Assembly (NCBI RefSeq): GCF_007752135.1
Contig: NZ_CP036298.1
Span: forward strand, 5,516,859 to 5,580,858
Length of the DNA: 64,000 nucleotides
From: Aureliella helgolandensis
GTDB lineage: Bacteria; Planctomycetota; Planctomycetia; Pirellulales; Pirellulaceae
Reading direction: 5' to 3'
In this document: positions 20,153-30,701 of the stretch, in pieces
How positions within the stretch are numbered: position 1 is the first letter of the stretch
Layout: every line of letters begins with the position of its first letter
Notes under the pieces: model-generated
The model's database searches: none
The model's input: the letters and a program-made list of their open reading frames with translations, nothing else
Told to the model about the DNA's origin: nothing
Translations under genes and position numbers: made by a program

Positions 20153-20830
20153 ATGGCACTCACACAAATGCAAATCATTCAATCCCTTGGCGAAGCGATG
20201 GGTTGGTTTGAACGGGAGCTTAATTGGGGAGTGCCAGCCACGGAACTTCGGCACTTGTGCGGGAGGATTGGGGAACTTTATGCAGCGCTCATCACGAATG
20301 GCCAGATGGCTACCGAAGTCAATCAGAAGGGCTACGATGTCGTCAGTTCTAATGGCGAGCGAATCTCCGTAAAAACGACGGCAATGTCCGGTACATCAGG
20401 GCATATCTCGTTTAACGCCAGAACCATTGGTGATCTTGACCGAGTCATCATATTGCGAATAAACACCGAGGAAATGCAAATCGAAACTCTCCTCGATGCA
20501 TCAGTGAGCGAAGCCATCGGACTGATGGCTGCGGAGAGAGATGGGAAACGCGACTTGGCGCTGAGCAAGCTGATCAGGCCAGCTATTAGACCTATTGAGG
20601 TTGGAACGGTGAAAGAGGTCTCTTTTGAAGGATACACGGTCCGAGAACTAGAAACGGGCACGATCCAAGTTGAACTTGCTGGAAGGCCGATTTTGCCAGT
20701 AAAGCCAGCCTTGCGGAGACTCGCAATGCACCTCAACATTGCGTTGATAAACACAAACGGAAATGCGCTCAACACCCGTTCGCTCGGTAGCCTAGTAATA
20801 AGGAGTATTACCCAACTTAATGCGACATAG
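20153..20830 (+). CDS. Hypothetical protein (no recognised domain).
   Basis: Coherent ORF with ordinary composition; the overlapping antisense ORF 20332-21090 is low-complexity. Confidence 0.4.
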   Translation: MALTQMQIIQSLGEAMGWFERELNWGVPATELRHLCGRIGELYAALITNGQMATEVNQKGYDVVSSNGERISVKTTAMSGTSGHISFNARTIGDLDRVIILRINTEEMQIETLLDASVSEAIGLMAAERDGKRDLALSKLIRPAIRPIEVGTVKEVSFEGYTVRELETGTIQVELAGRPILPVKPALRRLAMHLNIALINTNGNALNTRSLGSLVIRSITQLNAT

Positions 20831-21432
20831 GGCCTCGGGCGATGCCCTGTGCGTACACCAATAACTGAGAGTCGCCGGGAAAACCAAGCAGTTTTCCACG
20901 AAGGGTTCGTTCCGGACACCGAAGCGAACCTGCTTGTTAACCCGATTCGTCCGGGAGAGCAGAGAGCGCGAGCATTTTGGGCCAGATTGGGTCCAGCTCG
21001 ACCGATGAGCAGCGCGCTAAAACCGCAGGGACGGGTTCTCTGAATAGCAGGTTGTGAGAAAACCTTGCAAAAACCACTATAGAAATGCAAAACGCCGAGG
21101 CGAAATGCTCTCGGCGTCTTGAGTTAACTAGGTTGTCGTCGCTATTCCGCAGCGAAAACAAGCTCCTCCGGTAGGACTCGAAGGTAGCCATTCCACTTTG
21201 GACTTGCGTTGGGCAAACGCTGATTTTGTGTTGATTTCCTTGCATTTTATGCGATTTGTAGCATTTTGCTAGGGCCGTCGTATTGAGCCTGTATTGGGCT
21301 TGAATTGCCAATACTGCCCCATTTTTGCCCCACAAATCGGCGTCGTTCTGGCTGCGTACAAGCCTCCGAAGCGAAGCTTGCAATGTACGTACATATGCCG
21401 TACAATTGCTGGTAATGAAAAGGAGCAATCAT

Positions 21433-21723
21433 ATGGCAACTGCTAATACATCAACTAAGTCAGCAAGGTTGGAAACACGTGTTTCCCAGGAGCAAAAGGA
21501 CCTGATCGAGCGAGCTGCGGCTTATTCAGGGAGGACGGTATCGGACTTTGTTGTTGCGCACGTGGAGGTTGCTGCCAAAAAGGTGGTCGAAGAATACGAG
21601 CGTATACACCTGGATAAGGAGCAGAGCCGCGTCTTGGTGGATGCTCTTCTGTCGCCTAAGCGGCCAAATAAGAAGCTCCGCGGTGCATTGGCTGAGCACA
21701 GCAAGCGAGTCGAAAGCAAATGA
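21433..21723 (+). CDS. DUF1778 (RHH, TacA/KacA-like) antitoxin.
   Basis: ATG at 21433 with AAAGGAG RBS. ARLETRVSQEQKDLIERAAAYSGRTVSDFVVAHVEVAAKKV is the DUF1778 signature. Stop overlaps the GNAT toxin start. Confidence 0.7.
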   Translation: MATANTSTKSARLETRVSQEQKDLIERAAAYSGRTVSDFVVAHVEVAAKKVVEEYERIHLDKEQSRVLVDALLSPKRPNKKLRGALAEHSKRVESK

Positions 21724-22217
21724 GCGATTTCGTATGCGAGCCGCTCAGCAAGAAACATGATAAGCAAGCATTTGATTGTGGCATCGCCGTTCTCAATAAC
21801 TATCTTGCCAAAATTGCTAGTCAAGATGTCAAGCGCAAAGCGGCAGCAGTGTTCGTATTGTCGCCAAGTTCCGAACCGTCTCGTGTCGCCGGCTTTTACA
21901 CACTCTGTTCAACTTCGATAGAGCTCTCAGCGCTTCCCCAGGAACTGACCAAACGCCTGCCACGTTATCCCGAAGTATCTGCAATTCTGATTGGTCGCCT
22001 AGCACGAGATGTTGCGTTTCCGGGAACCGGTTCATTGTTGCTTGCCGACGCGTTAAATCGCTGTGTTCGCGTCTCATCCGAAATCGCGGCCAGTGTAATT
22101 GTCGTCGATTCCAAAGGCGAGGCTGCGTCCAATTTCTATTCAAAGTTCGGCTTTATATCACTTCCACGAATGCCCCATCGAATGTTCCTGCCCATGGCCA
22201 CTGCTGAAAAGCTGTAA
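21720..22217 (+). CDS. GNAT-family acetyltransferase toxin (TacT/AtaT/KacT-like).
   Basis: GNAT fold motifs (AVFVL...GFYTLCSTSIE...IGRLARDVAFPGTGSLLLADAL) directly downstream of DUF1778. Confidence 0.7.
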   Translation: MSDFVCEPLSKKHDKQAFDCGIAVLNNYLAKIASQDVKRKAAAVFVLSPSSEPSRVAGFYTLCSTSIELSALPQELTKRLPRYPEVSAILIGRLARDVAFPGTGSLLLADALNRCVRVSSEIAASVIVVDSKGEAASNFYSKFGFISLPRMPHRMFLPMATAEKL

Positions 22218-22586
22218 GTTCATCACTCTGTTTACCCGGACACGCCGTTTGTGTTTCCGGCTTGCTCCTAAACTAAGCAAGTTACTAAATGAAAGGTAAT
22301 TTATGAGACGGAACTGGCGATACCGGCCTTCCATCCGCGAGCTAACTGCCGAAGAATTTGGCCACCTGCTGCACCTCTCGCACATTGTCGGCAGAGCAGT
22401 CCGAGCCATCCGGTTTCACGAAACGAAAATCGTGTTCCGCGTCGTTCCTGTGCGGGACCAGTACCTGAAAGCCCAAACTCCTGAGATCACTTGTTGAGTG
22501 GCGTAATCCCAAGCAGAATGAAGCTTTGGCTACTTTACCTTGGCGGTGCTATAATGACTACAGCGTTACTACGCAGGAGGTAACCC

Positions 22587-22838
22587 ATGAATCTAGTACT
22601 CAATCTTCCGGCTGACCTGGAAGCGATAATCAAAAAACGCGCCGAACAGGCTGGGCTGGACATTCCCACCTACGTTTTGCAGACTCTTCGTGTTTCAGAC
22701 CTCGAATTAGCAGGCGAGCCGTCGATTTCCAACGAGCAATTTGAAGCGAGCCTTAATCGACTCCGGGAGCTCCACTCTAAAGTTCCAGCCACTTTTGATG
22801 ATAGCCGCGAATCTATTTACGAAGGTAGGGGCGAGTGA
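22587..22838 (+). CDS. Small antitoxin-like protein (VapB-type position) coupled to the PIN toxin.
   Basis: AGGAGG RBS before ATG 22587; stop overlaps the PIN gene start. Confidence 0.5.
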   Translation: MNLVLNLPADLEAIIKKRAEQAGLDIPTYVLQTLRVSDLELAGEPSISNEQFEASLNRLRELHSKVPATFDDSRESIYEGRGE

Positions 22839-23278
22839 AGGTACTGCTCGACACCAATGTCTTGCTTCGACTCGCAGTAGCGTCGCATCCCACACACCCC
22901 GATGCAGTCTCAGCAGTCCTCGAAATTCGCCATCGCGGTGATCAACCTGCAATCGTTCCCCAAGTGCTCTATGAGTATTGGGTAGTTGCTACGCGTCCAA
23001 CTGCGCAGAACGGCCTTGGCCTTACACCTGCCGAAGCCCGGCAGGCAATCGACGAGTTTCTGAAGTCAATTGCCTTACTTAGAGATGAGCGGGGGATCTT
23101 TGCCAATTGGCTCGCGGATGTGACCGACCTCGCCATTTGTGGCAAACGTGCCCACGATGCGCGCTTGGTTGCAGCGATGCAACGACACGGACTACACCAG
23201 ATTGTCACCTTCAATAAGTCGGATTTTGCCGGTTTTCCAAACATCACAGTCTTCGCACCCGACGAAGTGTGTCCGTAG
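22835..23278 (+). CDS. vapC: PIN-domain ribonuclease toxin (VapC family).
   Basis: N-terminal MKVLLDTNVLL plus conserved acidic residues of the PIN fold. Confidence 0.8.
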   Translation: MKVLLDTNVLLRLAVASHPTHPDAVSAVLEIRHRGDQPAIVPQVLYEYWVVATRPTAQNGLGLTPAEARQAIDEFLKSIALLRDERGIFANWLADVTDLAICGKRAHDARLVAAMQRHGLHQIVTFNKSDFAGFPNITVFAPDEVCP

Positions 23279-23388
23279 TACGCCACCGCCCCCACTGCTA
23301 TTGGTAGTAGGAGTTGACCGCGGGCTGCTTGGTGTAGTAGAGAACGCCCGCGAGCTGAATCATCAACTCGCGGGCGTCTGTATTTGGG

Positions 23389-24570
23389 CTAGGCGGTTAT
23401 TTTGGTAACGACGCCGGAGCCTACTGTCTTGCCGCCTTCGCGGATGGCGAAGTGGTCGCCGGTGCTTAGGGCGATGGGTTGTAGCAAGTTGACTTGCAAC
23501 TGCACGCCGTCGCCGGGCATGGCCATTTGGACGTCGCCGATGACGTGGGTCTTGCCGGTGACGTTCGTGGTGCGGAAGAAGAATTGCGGCGTGTAGCCGT
23601 CGAAGAACGGAGTGTGACGTCCGCCTTCTTCCTTCTTGAGCACGTAGACTTCCGCTTCGAACTGGCGACGAGGTGTTACTGAGCCACGTGCGGCGAGCAC
23701 TTGGCCTTTGTGGACTTCGTCGTGAGCAGTCTTGCGAAGCAAACAACCAACGTTATCACCTGCTCGACCGGACTCGAGGATTTCGGCGAACGATTCGACT
23801 TGAGTGACGACGTCACTGACTGTCTGATCGGTCAAGCCGATGATCTCGATGGCGTCGCCGGAACGGACAATGCCTTGCTCGATCTTGCCCGTCACAACAG
23901 TACCGCGGCCGGCGATCGAAAACACGTTCTCAATAGGCATGAGAAAGGGCTTGTCGATCTGTCGCACCGGATCGGCAATCGTCGTATCTAGTGCCTGTAG
24001 CAGCTCGTTGATACAGGCGATCGAGTCCGCGTCGGTCGGGTTGTCGTGAGCCAACTTGGCTGAGCCGCGGATCACAGGCACTTCCGCGCCAGCGTAACCG
24101 TACTGCGTGAGCATTTCTCGCAAGTCGAGTTCAACTAGCTCCAGCAGCTCAGGGTCTTCGACCAAGTCGCACTTGTTCATGAACACGACCAAGTAGGGCA
24201 CGCCAACTTGACGCGCCAACAGGATGTGTTCGCGAGTCTGCGGCATCGGTCCATCAGCGGCCGAGACCAAGAGCACCGCGCCGTCCATCTGAGCCGCGCC
24301 GGTAATCATGTTCTTGATATAGTCGGCGTGACCAGGACAGTCGATGTGCGCGTACATTCGGCTCTCGGTTTCGTACTTGACGTGCGAAGCCAGGATCGTA
24401 ACAGTCTTGTTCTTGTCGCGAACAATGCCTCCCTTGGCGATGTCTTGATACGACTTCACCTTGGCCAAGCCCTTGGCTGCCTGGACGCGCAGCAATGCTG
24501 CCGTAAGTGTCGTTTTACCGTGGTCGATGTGACCGATGGTTCCGACGTTGACGTTCATTTTAGTAACCAT
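23389..24570 (-). CDS. tuf: Elongation factor Tu.
   Basis: [26 protein letters not shown]...[26 protein letters not shown]...NKCDLV and the rest are unmistakably EF-Tu. AAGGAGG RBS upstream of ATG at 24570. ORF-track Met at 24615 is an upstream in-frame extension. Confidence 0.95.
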   Translation of the reverse strand: MVTKMNVNVGTIGHIDHGKTTLTAALLRVQAAKGLAKVKSYQDIAKGGIVRDKNKTVTILASHVKYETESRMYAHIDCPGHADYIKNMITGAAQMDGAVLLVSAADGPMPQTREHILLARQVGVPYLVVFMNKCDLVEDPELLELVELDLREMLTQYGYAGAEVPVIRGSAKLAHDNPTDADSIACINELLQALDTTIADPVRQIDKPFLMPIENVFSIAGRGTVVTGKIEQGIVRSGDAIEIIGLTDQTVSDVVTQVESFAEILESGRAGDNVGCLLRKTAHDEVHKGQVLAARGSVTPRRQFEAEVYVLKKEEGGRHTPFFDGYTPQFFFRTTNVTGKTHVIGDVQMAMPGDGVQLQVNLLQPIALSTGDHFAIREGGKTVGSGVVTKITA

Positions 24571-24703
24571 AGCTCTAAACCTCCTTTGTCGAGGAAATAC
24601 ACACCCGCTGGCCAATCGCGAAGGTGAGCAGCCTCCGCAACCTTTTTGTGCACTCGCAGCGCCAGAGCAGCCGGCATGTCAAACGGAAAGGAACAAGTGG
24701 ATC

Positions 24704-24742
24704 AACGAAAAAAGCCCGCCTAATCAGGTGACCAGGCGGGCT
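24704..24742 (-). terminator. Rho-independent terminator-like hairpin (GC stem plus U6) about 135 nt upstream of the tuf start, minus strand.
   Basis: AGCCCGCCT-12 nt loop-AGGCGGGCT. On the minus strand it is followed by TTTTTTCG. Confidence 0.4.
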
Positions 24743-25398
24743 TGGGTAATCTGTTTTGTACTGCAACAACATCCCCCCACCGCCTCACCAGTCGTCTGAT
24801 GAGTCGTTTGAGTTTGATTGGCTGTTGTTGAAATGATTCATGCCTTTGCATTCTCCTGTAGGACTCAATAGACAAGTCGCAGATGCATCGGTTCGCGCTG
24901 AGATTTCGAGATTGGAGGGAAATCGGTCTCGCCGACACAAGATCTTGCCACAACCTTGTCAGCCAATTCATTGCCTTCGACAGAATAACAGAATATTTCT
25001 GACGATCTCCAGCCCCCGTGACCTAATGTGTCACGCGAAGGTGAAATGCTAGCGAAACCGATTGGCTGTGATTCGATTTGGAAGGAGTCGCGGGGAGGGA
25101 GTCCATAGGACGGATTCGCTAAGGAGGCGTTTAGGTAGCTCGACTTGCGATCGGCCGAGACGGGAAGTCCCTTAGAAAGCTTCAGGAGATAGCGTTGGAG
25201 GCGGATTGGAGAGTTCAACGGAAGCTGTGGCATACCGTTAGCCGAAACCATGTTCAACGCCGCTAGGAAAGACGTTTGCACTTAACTTGCGATTTTCGAG
25301 GGTCTGAAAGAAATCCGGCATCGACTGTTATAAACTCGCCTTCCTGTACGTCATTATTGTTGGAGCACACGTGACAGCGCGATACTTGGAGCTTTTCG

Positions 25399-25902
25399 AT
25401 GCACGACTGGGATGAGATTCGAAGAAATCACGGTCCAATGGTCTGGAACGCCATTGGCAGGATTCTTCGGAATTCCGAGGATATCACGGACTGCTACCAA
25501 GATGTTTTCCTTGAGGCCTTTCAACGATCTCTTACGCGTAGCATCAATAACATGCCGGGGCTATTGCGGTGGCTAGCAGTCCATCGCGCTTTGGATTCAT
25601 TGCGAAAGTTGAAAGCTCTGCCGAAGATCGCCGCAAACCGAAATGTTGACGGAATCACATGCGACAGTGCTCGCGATACGCAACGACTAAATGAACTTTT
25701 GGAGACTGTCCGATGTGAGCTTTCTTCGCTTTCTGTGGAGCAGGCGGAATGCTTCTGGCTCTGCTGCGTAGAGGGACTGAAGTATCGTGAAGCAGCCGAA
25801 GTAATGGGGCTTGAGACTCAGCACGTCGGAATGTTAGTTCATCGAGCTCGCAAGCACTTAAGCCAAGCTCTCATCGATTGGCATGATGGTCGCAACGTCT
25901 GA
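25399..25902 (+). CDS. ECF-type RNA polymerase sigma-70 factor.
   Basis: Region 2 (DITDCYQDVFLEAFQ) and region 4 HTH (YREAAEVMGLETQHVGMLVHRARKHL). Confidence 0.8.
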   Translation: MHDWDEIRRNHGPMVWNAIGRILRNSEDITDCYQDVFLEAFQRSLTRSINNMPGLLRWLAVHRALDSLRKLKALPKIAANRNVDGITCDSARDTQRLNELLETVRCELSSLSVEQAECFWLCCVEGLKYREAAEVMGLETQHVGMLVHRARKHLSQALIDWHDGRNV

Positions 25903-25938
25903 CAATTTTTAATCTTTTAACGCAGGGGGCTGCCAACA

Positions 25939-27279
25939 ATGGTCCGTCAAGAATTCAATCAAGGCGATGAAATACTCGAAATGGCTGTTCAGCAATTTAA
26001 GCAGCAGTCTATCCCAGAATTCACAAACCCAAGCGTTGCCTTTCCCGTTGAGAGTGCAAGTCGACAGCACATCGGGTTGGCATCGAATTTTTTGAAACGA
26101 AGGAGTAGTACGTTTTCTAACCGCCGCTTGGTTCTAGCGGTCGGGGTGGTGTTCGCAATTGTTATTGGAGGGTTCTCAGTGCTTCCTTGGGAGAGCACAA
26201 GTCAAAGGGCTTTTGCACAAATGCAAGAAGCGATTCGCGACCTGAACTCATTAGTGTTTGAGATGAAGTCGTATTCCGGCGAAGAAGTAACGGGAAAATA
26301 CCACATTTCGTACGCACAGGCAGGCGACGTTCGAATGGATAGCGGGCTTGTCTCCCATATCCTCAACGTGGCTAAAGAAGAATATATGATAGTGGATGAT
26401 GCGAATCGGGCTGTTACGATTCAACCTGTTTATGATATGGCTGCGATACAGGAGAAACTTGCCGGAGTGTTCGGCGCATTGCTAAATCTGGAACCATTGC
26501 CTTCTACCACTATGCGCACGGTGTCAAACGACGGCAAACCTGCAAAAGAGTTCAAGACTGTTTGGGATGGAAGTGTTGCAACTGTTATAGTTGACGCTAA
26601 AACGAACTTGCCTATGAAGATCGAGTTGGATCGTGGCAAGAGTCAACACGATAAACCGATTCGTGAAGTAGCAACGAACTTTCAGTTCAACGTCAGCTTA
26701 CCTGATTCCAGCTTTGCAATACTTCCTCCGAACGGATATGGCGTCGAACGAATTGAGAGACATGACCCAATCGTATCATCAGACAGTCTAATTTTGACTA
26801 TTGGCAAAGGGGTCGGTCCAGTTCGTTTCGGGATGAGTCTACAGGAGGTGCGAAATCAACTCGGGGATCCTGACTCATTTGAATCAAAACCTACTTTGGT
26901 CGCAGAGCTTGATGAGAAAGGACAACTTAAGCTGCCAATGCAACTCGTACCGGCCGATCCACCGCAGATAGTTGGCGTTATGCAATATCGGTCGTTAGGA
27001 TTGCAAATAGACGTCTCATCAATCGAGGGAGTCGAGTGGATTAGATGTTATGAAAAGCGGTTGACATGGAATCGATTCGGTGGAATGACGTCCCACGGAA
27101 TCAAGATCGGAATGTCTAAGAACGAAGTCAAGTCCGTGCTCGAAAAAGACGAATCGGCTAGTAGAAACTGGAAGCAAGCCGACGACCGATGGCTCTTGAG
27201 TGGAATGGACGTAGTCTTCGAAAACGACAAGTGTGTAAACATCACGCTAGGCAAGCCGAATATCGCTAAGCAACAGTAA
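25939..27279 (+). CDS. Membrane-anchored protein downstream of the ECF sigma (anti-sigma factor candidate).
   Basis: Single TM helix (LVLAVGVVFAIVIGGFSVL) after a cytoplasmic N-terminal segment, then a large extracytoplasmic domain. Gene order is typical of sigma/anti-sigma pairs. Confidence 0.5.
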   Translation: MVRQEFNQGDEILEMAVQQFKQQSIPEFTNPSVAFPVESASRQHIGLASNFLKRRSSTFSNRRLVLAVGVVFAIVIGGFSVLPWESTSQRAFAQMQEAIRDLNSLVFEMKSYSGEEVTGKYHISYAQAGDVRMDSGLVSHILNVAKEEYMIVDDANRAVTIQPVYDMAAIQEKLAGVFGALLNLEPLPSTTMRTVSNDGKPAKEFKTVWDGSVATVIVDAKTNLPMKIELDRGKSQHDKPIREVATNFQFNVSLPDSSFAILPPNGYGVERIERHDPIVSSDSLILTIGKGVGPVRFGMSLQEVRNQLGDPDSFESKPTLVAELDEKGQLKLPMQLVPADPPQIVGVMQYRSLGLQIDVSSIEGVEWIRCYEKRLTWNRFGGMTSHGIKIGMSKNEVKSVLEKDESASRNWKQADDRWLLSGMDVVFENDKCVNITLGKPNIAKQQ

Positions 27280-27302
27280 GCAATAGCATTCGATCGCGAT
27301 CG

Positions 27303-27340
27303 ATAAAACACCCGCGAGTCGAGAATGCGACCCGCGGGGG
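27303..27340 (-). terminator. Rho-independent terminator for rsr (also sits between convergent genes).
   Basis: CCCGCGAGTCG-6 nt-CGACCCGCGGG hairpin. On the minus strand it is followed by TGTTTTAT. Confidence 0.45.
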
Positions 27341-27384
27341 TTGAGTTCAATTATACAGCGGTTGAACCGGGGTCTAACTCGCGA

Positions 27385-29070
27385 TTATAGCTCGATCGCT
27401 TCAACTTCGGCGACGAAACGCTGGTTGTTGTCAGCGAGGAACGCACTGATGACGTTGAACACGGCGTCACTGAAGCCACCGATGTTCATGATGTCAGCTC
27501 GCTCGCAAGCTTGCGTTGTTTGATACGGCTGGATGTCGATGCAAACAAGCTTTGTGTTCGCGTCGCGGCCGGCCAACTTGCGTTGGTTGGCTACGAAGGC
27601 TTCCCACGCCGTCATTACACCAGTCGATCCGTGACGGCCCGTTCCAACCCAACTCTCGTTGTCGCTGACCAGTACAACTCCCGCAAACTTGCGTTCGCGG
27701 TGCAGCACATTGGCAGCTTCTAAAGGTAGAGCACAGTTGGTTCCACCGCCTCCGTACTTGCTCAGTCGCTCGGCGATGCTGAGGATCGAATCGCTTGGAG
27801 CGATGCGCACATCGTAAGCTTGAGTGTCGAACGGAATGACAACGCTGTCCGGGTTGCGACGCAGGATGGCTGCGGCGAACAAGGCGGCGACGTCGACGCA
27901 GCGCATCTTCGAAGTAGCTCCACGGCCACGGTTACCCGTAACGGCGCATCCCATCGAACCTGACGTATCCAGACCGATTAGGACCGGACCAGGTAATTCA
28001 GGCACGTTTCCGCACGCGATCTCGGCTGCCTTGTGCAAAGCGGCCTTGATCTTGGCTGGCATCTGGTCGTCAGTGTTCACATACGCAGCAAAGTACTGGT
28101 ATGGGAACTGACGTGAGCGAGCCACTTCAGCAGCGTCGGCGATGCGATCGGCAACATAGTCGACCATATTGTGGCACGGCGGTCCCCCGCCGTGATCTTC
28201 GGTGGGGACCACCGAGCTACGTTCAAACACATCGTGACGTAGCAGAGTGTTCAAGTTCATGCGTAGTGCCTGCGGTCCCATCTTACGAGCGATCGCAGCC
28301 CACACGCTCGGCCCCTTGGCAGCATCGGCGAGCAAGTCCCAGCGGACACCCGCTAGTTCCCCCATAACGAGCAACTGAGTCGCTTCGTCTGTGGCTGCGC
28401 GGTAGGCTGCTATTGCTTGCACCTCGGCTGGCAAGTTGGCCTCGCCGGCAGGAGTCCACTTTTCGATGGCCTTATCCGTCAACCAACCGAACAGCGCTCG
28501 ACGCTCGTCGTCCTTCGGAGTCGGACGAGCCATACGCAGGATATCGCGCAGGCTCGGCTCGTTGCCGATAGACGCCGACAGTAACTTTGCGACTGAGGCT
28601 TCGTTCAACCATCGCTGGAAGGCACGCTGCACGGAGCTCGAAAGTCCCGTTCGCGCAATTCCAGCTCGGTTCTTGAACTGGCCAGAGCGGATCATCTGGA
28701 ACGTGGTTCGCAGCACGCGTCCGTTGTCGACTACGCGATCGAACACTCGATGCATCAGTTCTGTGTTGCGGACCGAAAGGGCGACCAGCAACGCGGCTGG
28801 CATGTCCTTCATGGCTGCCTTCTGCCGAGCGTACACAGCCAGCTTGGCCAGGTACTGGTCGTCGTCGATGGTATCGATCAACTTCAGCACTTCTCCGAGC
28901 TGCGTTCCCGCAGTTGAGTAGTAGGCATCGCCAAACGTACCGGTTGCGGCAACTTGGGCCAGCGCCTGCTTCGGTTCGAGCGTGTAGGCTCGACCACCTG
29001 CTTCGTTGACAGTGTCGGCGCGTGGCAGCCGCGAAGACTTGCTTGAGAATAGTGACATGTTAGCCATGGA
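27385..29070 (-). CDS. rsr: Ro60-like ribonucleoprotein Rsr (TROVE domain plus C-terminal vWA with MIDAS).
   Basis: TROVE helical repeats, then vWA with MIDAS-like [10 protein letters not shown]...SDNESW. The start is probably the Met of [12 protein letters not shown] at 29070 or 29061 (ORF-track start 29208 is less likely). Confidence 0.75.
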   Translation of the reverse strand, partial: SMANMSLFSSKSSRLPRADTVNEAGGRAYTLEPKQALAQVAATGTFGDAYYSTAGTQLGEVLKLIDTIDDDQYLAKLAVYARQKAAMKDMPAALLVALSVRNTELMHRVFDRVVDNGRVLRTTFQMIRSGQFKNRAGIARTGLSSSVQRAFQRWLNEASVAKLLSASIGNEPSLRDILRMARPTPKDDERRALFGWLTDKAIEKWTPAGEANLPAEVQAIAAYRAATDEATQLLVMGELAGVRWDLLADAAKGPSVWAAIARKMGPQALRMNLNTLLRHDVFERSSVVPTEDHGGGPPCHNMVDYVADRIADAAEVARSRQFPYQYFAAYVNTDDQMPAKIKAALHKAAEIACGNVPELPGPVLIGLDTSGSMGCAVTGNRGRGATSKMRCVDVAALFAAAILRRNPDSVVIPFDTQAYDVRIAPSDSILSIAERLSKYGGGGTNCALPLEAANVLHRERKFAGVVLVSDNESWVGTGRHGSTGVMTAWEAFVANQRKLAGRDANTKLVCIDIQPYQTTQACERADIMNIGGFSDAVFNVISAFLADNNQRFVAEVEAIEL

Positions 29071-29459
29071 TTCGTCCAGACTGAGCGGCAATGCGCTAGC
29101 GGCCGGTTCTGGCAATACAACGCCTGAAGAACCGACGGCTAGCGCCTCGTCGCTCAAAAAACTGTTCGACGAAGGGTAGTTGAGAAAGGCTTTCGCCATC
29201 TTAAGCAAAGATGTAATCCCAACTGGCAGTCGAACGAGAATCGCAAAGTAGATCGAAGCACTACGCTTCGTCCGCTTCCCCTATTTCATTTGTTTGTATC
29301 TATGCGAATAGAGACTCGCTTTCATCATCAAGGTTCACAGAAAAGCGACTGACGAAGTGTGACCAGAGCGCCATGACGACGTGCGTCAATTGATAGCTCC
29401 CGCTATCGCGGCTAAAGGGTGGGGATGTACTCCGAGTCGGCAGTCAGTCGTGGACGATT

Positions 29460-29825
29460 CTATTTGCGTTTCGACTTCAGCATCTTTCGCATTCGTTTCC
29501 ACACGCTGCGACCACTTTCGGGGTCCAACCGGACAAGCTGCTGCCGTCGCGTGTCGATGGTGTGTAGCTTGCCAGGTGGACGCTTGGCGTATACGAAGGG
29601 CAAGCAAACTGCGATGACCTTAAATGGTTGACCTGCCTCACGCGCCATATATCGCGAGCGTACTGGTTCATCCGGCGGTAATGTAGAGCTGGAACAGCAC
29701 CACAGGAACGACGGCAATTCGAAGACTTCATTCAACACAGTGACGTAGTCGCCGCGTTTAATGTCTTCTCCCGCGATCCGTGCTGCGACGGTGGTGTGCG
29801 ATTTGGGTTGCGTTTTTGTTTTCAT
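29460..29825 (-). CDS. Hypothetical basic protein.
   Basis: ORF only; Lys/Arg-rich termini. Confidence 0.3.
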   Translation of the reverse strand: MKTKTQPKSHTTVAARIAGEDIKRGDYVTVLNEVFELPSFLWCCSSSTLPPDEPVRSRYMAREAGQPFKVIAVCLPFVYAKRPPGKLHTIDTRRQQLVRLDPESGRSVWKRMRKMLKSKRK

Positions 29826-30701
29826 GGTTTTACATAGCTGTTTGAGAGAGTGGATTTGTACGTGTGCAGGTTCTTCGTCCGACGCTCGATTACTCGGCGC
29901 CGGTTGGCATAATCACGAAGAATCTGAATTGCACACGCATGGTTCACTCTTTGACAGTAATGTGGAAAACGAATGATGGTTTGAAAGCTAGCCAGACGGT
30001 GAGCTAATCGAAGTTCGCAGTGGGAAGATTCAATCCAGCTCCCTAAAAGTACTCGTCGCGATTGGAGCCATCAAAAACGGCCCGATCGCAGACAGCAGTT
30101 CTTGAAGCGTTGTCTGCTGCCACACGGGCATGGATCGTTGCGGCCTAGTTTTTCCTCGAGTAGCTTGTCGCCGTGGACAATCTGCACGCCGCGTTTGACG
30201 TTCGTCTCCGAAGGGTAGCCGCGTCGGCGTTTACTCATCGGTTCGAAAAAAGGAATCTTGAAGGTTGTTGTCGCGAATGATAGAGCTCCTAGTGAACACT
30301 GAGCGGTACGGCGCTAGCCGCCGGTTCTAGTAAGATCAGAAGAATCGAGATCAGAAGAACCGAGGGCTAGCGCCCAATCGCTCACAATAGAAAGAAAATG
30401 ACTCGCCACGACAGTTGCCTATCGCGGCGAGTCGTAACAATGCAAATGAACGAAGTGGTTTGTTCAGATACTTTTGGTGTTGGTTAATGTAATCCGAACA
30501 GGCAGTTCAAATGCCAGAGCCGACGACTGGATTCGCACCAGCATTGATCTGTTTACAAGACAGATGCCTTTCTCAGTCGAGCCACGTCGGCAAGAGCAGT
30601 CTATAGGTGTTGGCCTGTAGACTGAAGTATGAGAGACCTAAAGACGATTCGGGGTTCACGCTCGCATGTAAAGAATTCAACTTATTTGAACCATTGGTCG
30701 C

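Noticed and set aside
20332-21090. 252-aa minus-strand ORF overlapping the 20153-20830 gene
   Set aside because: Ser/Arg/Pro-rich low-complexity translation typical of an antisense frame; the plus-strand ORF has ordinary composition.
23363-24049. Several 60-130 aa ORFs on both strands overlapping tuf (e.g. 23363-23746 minus, 23701-23991 plus)
   Set aside because: They lie inside or antisense to the unmistakable EF-Tu coding sequence and have low-complexity Arg/Pro-rich translations. They are artefacts of GC-rich coding DNA.
29826-30701. 875-bp ORF-free interval considered as a possible additional protein gene or rRNA fragment
   Set aside because: No frame stays open for more than about 70 codons and there is no similarity to rRNA motifs. 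It contains one copy of the GC hairpin repeat and may hold a small RNA, but nothing specific could be supported.
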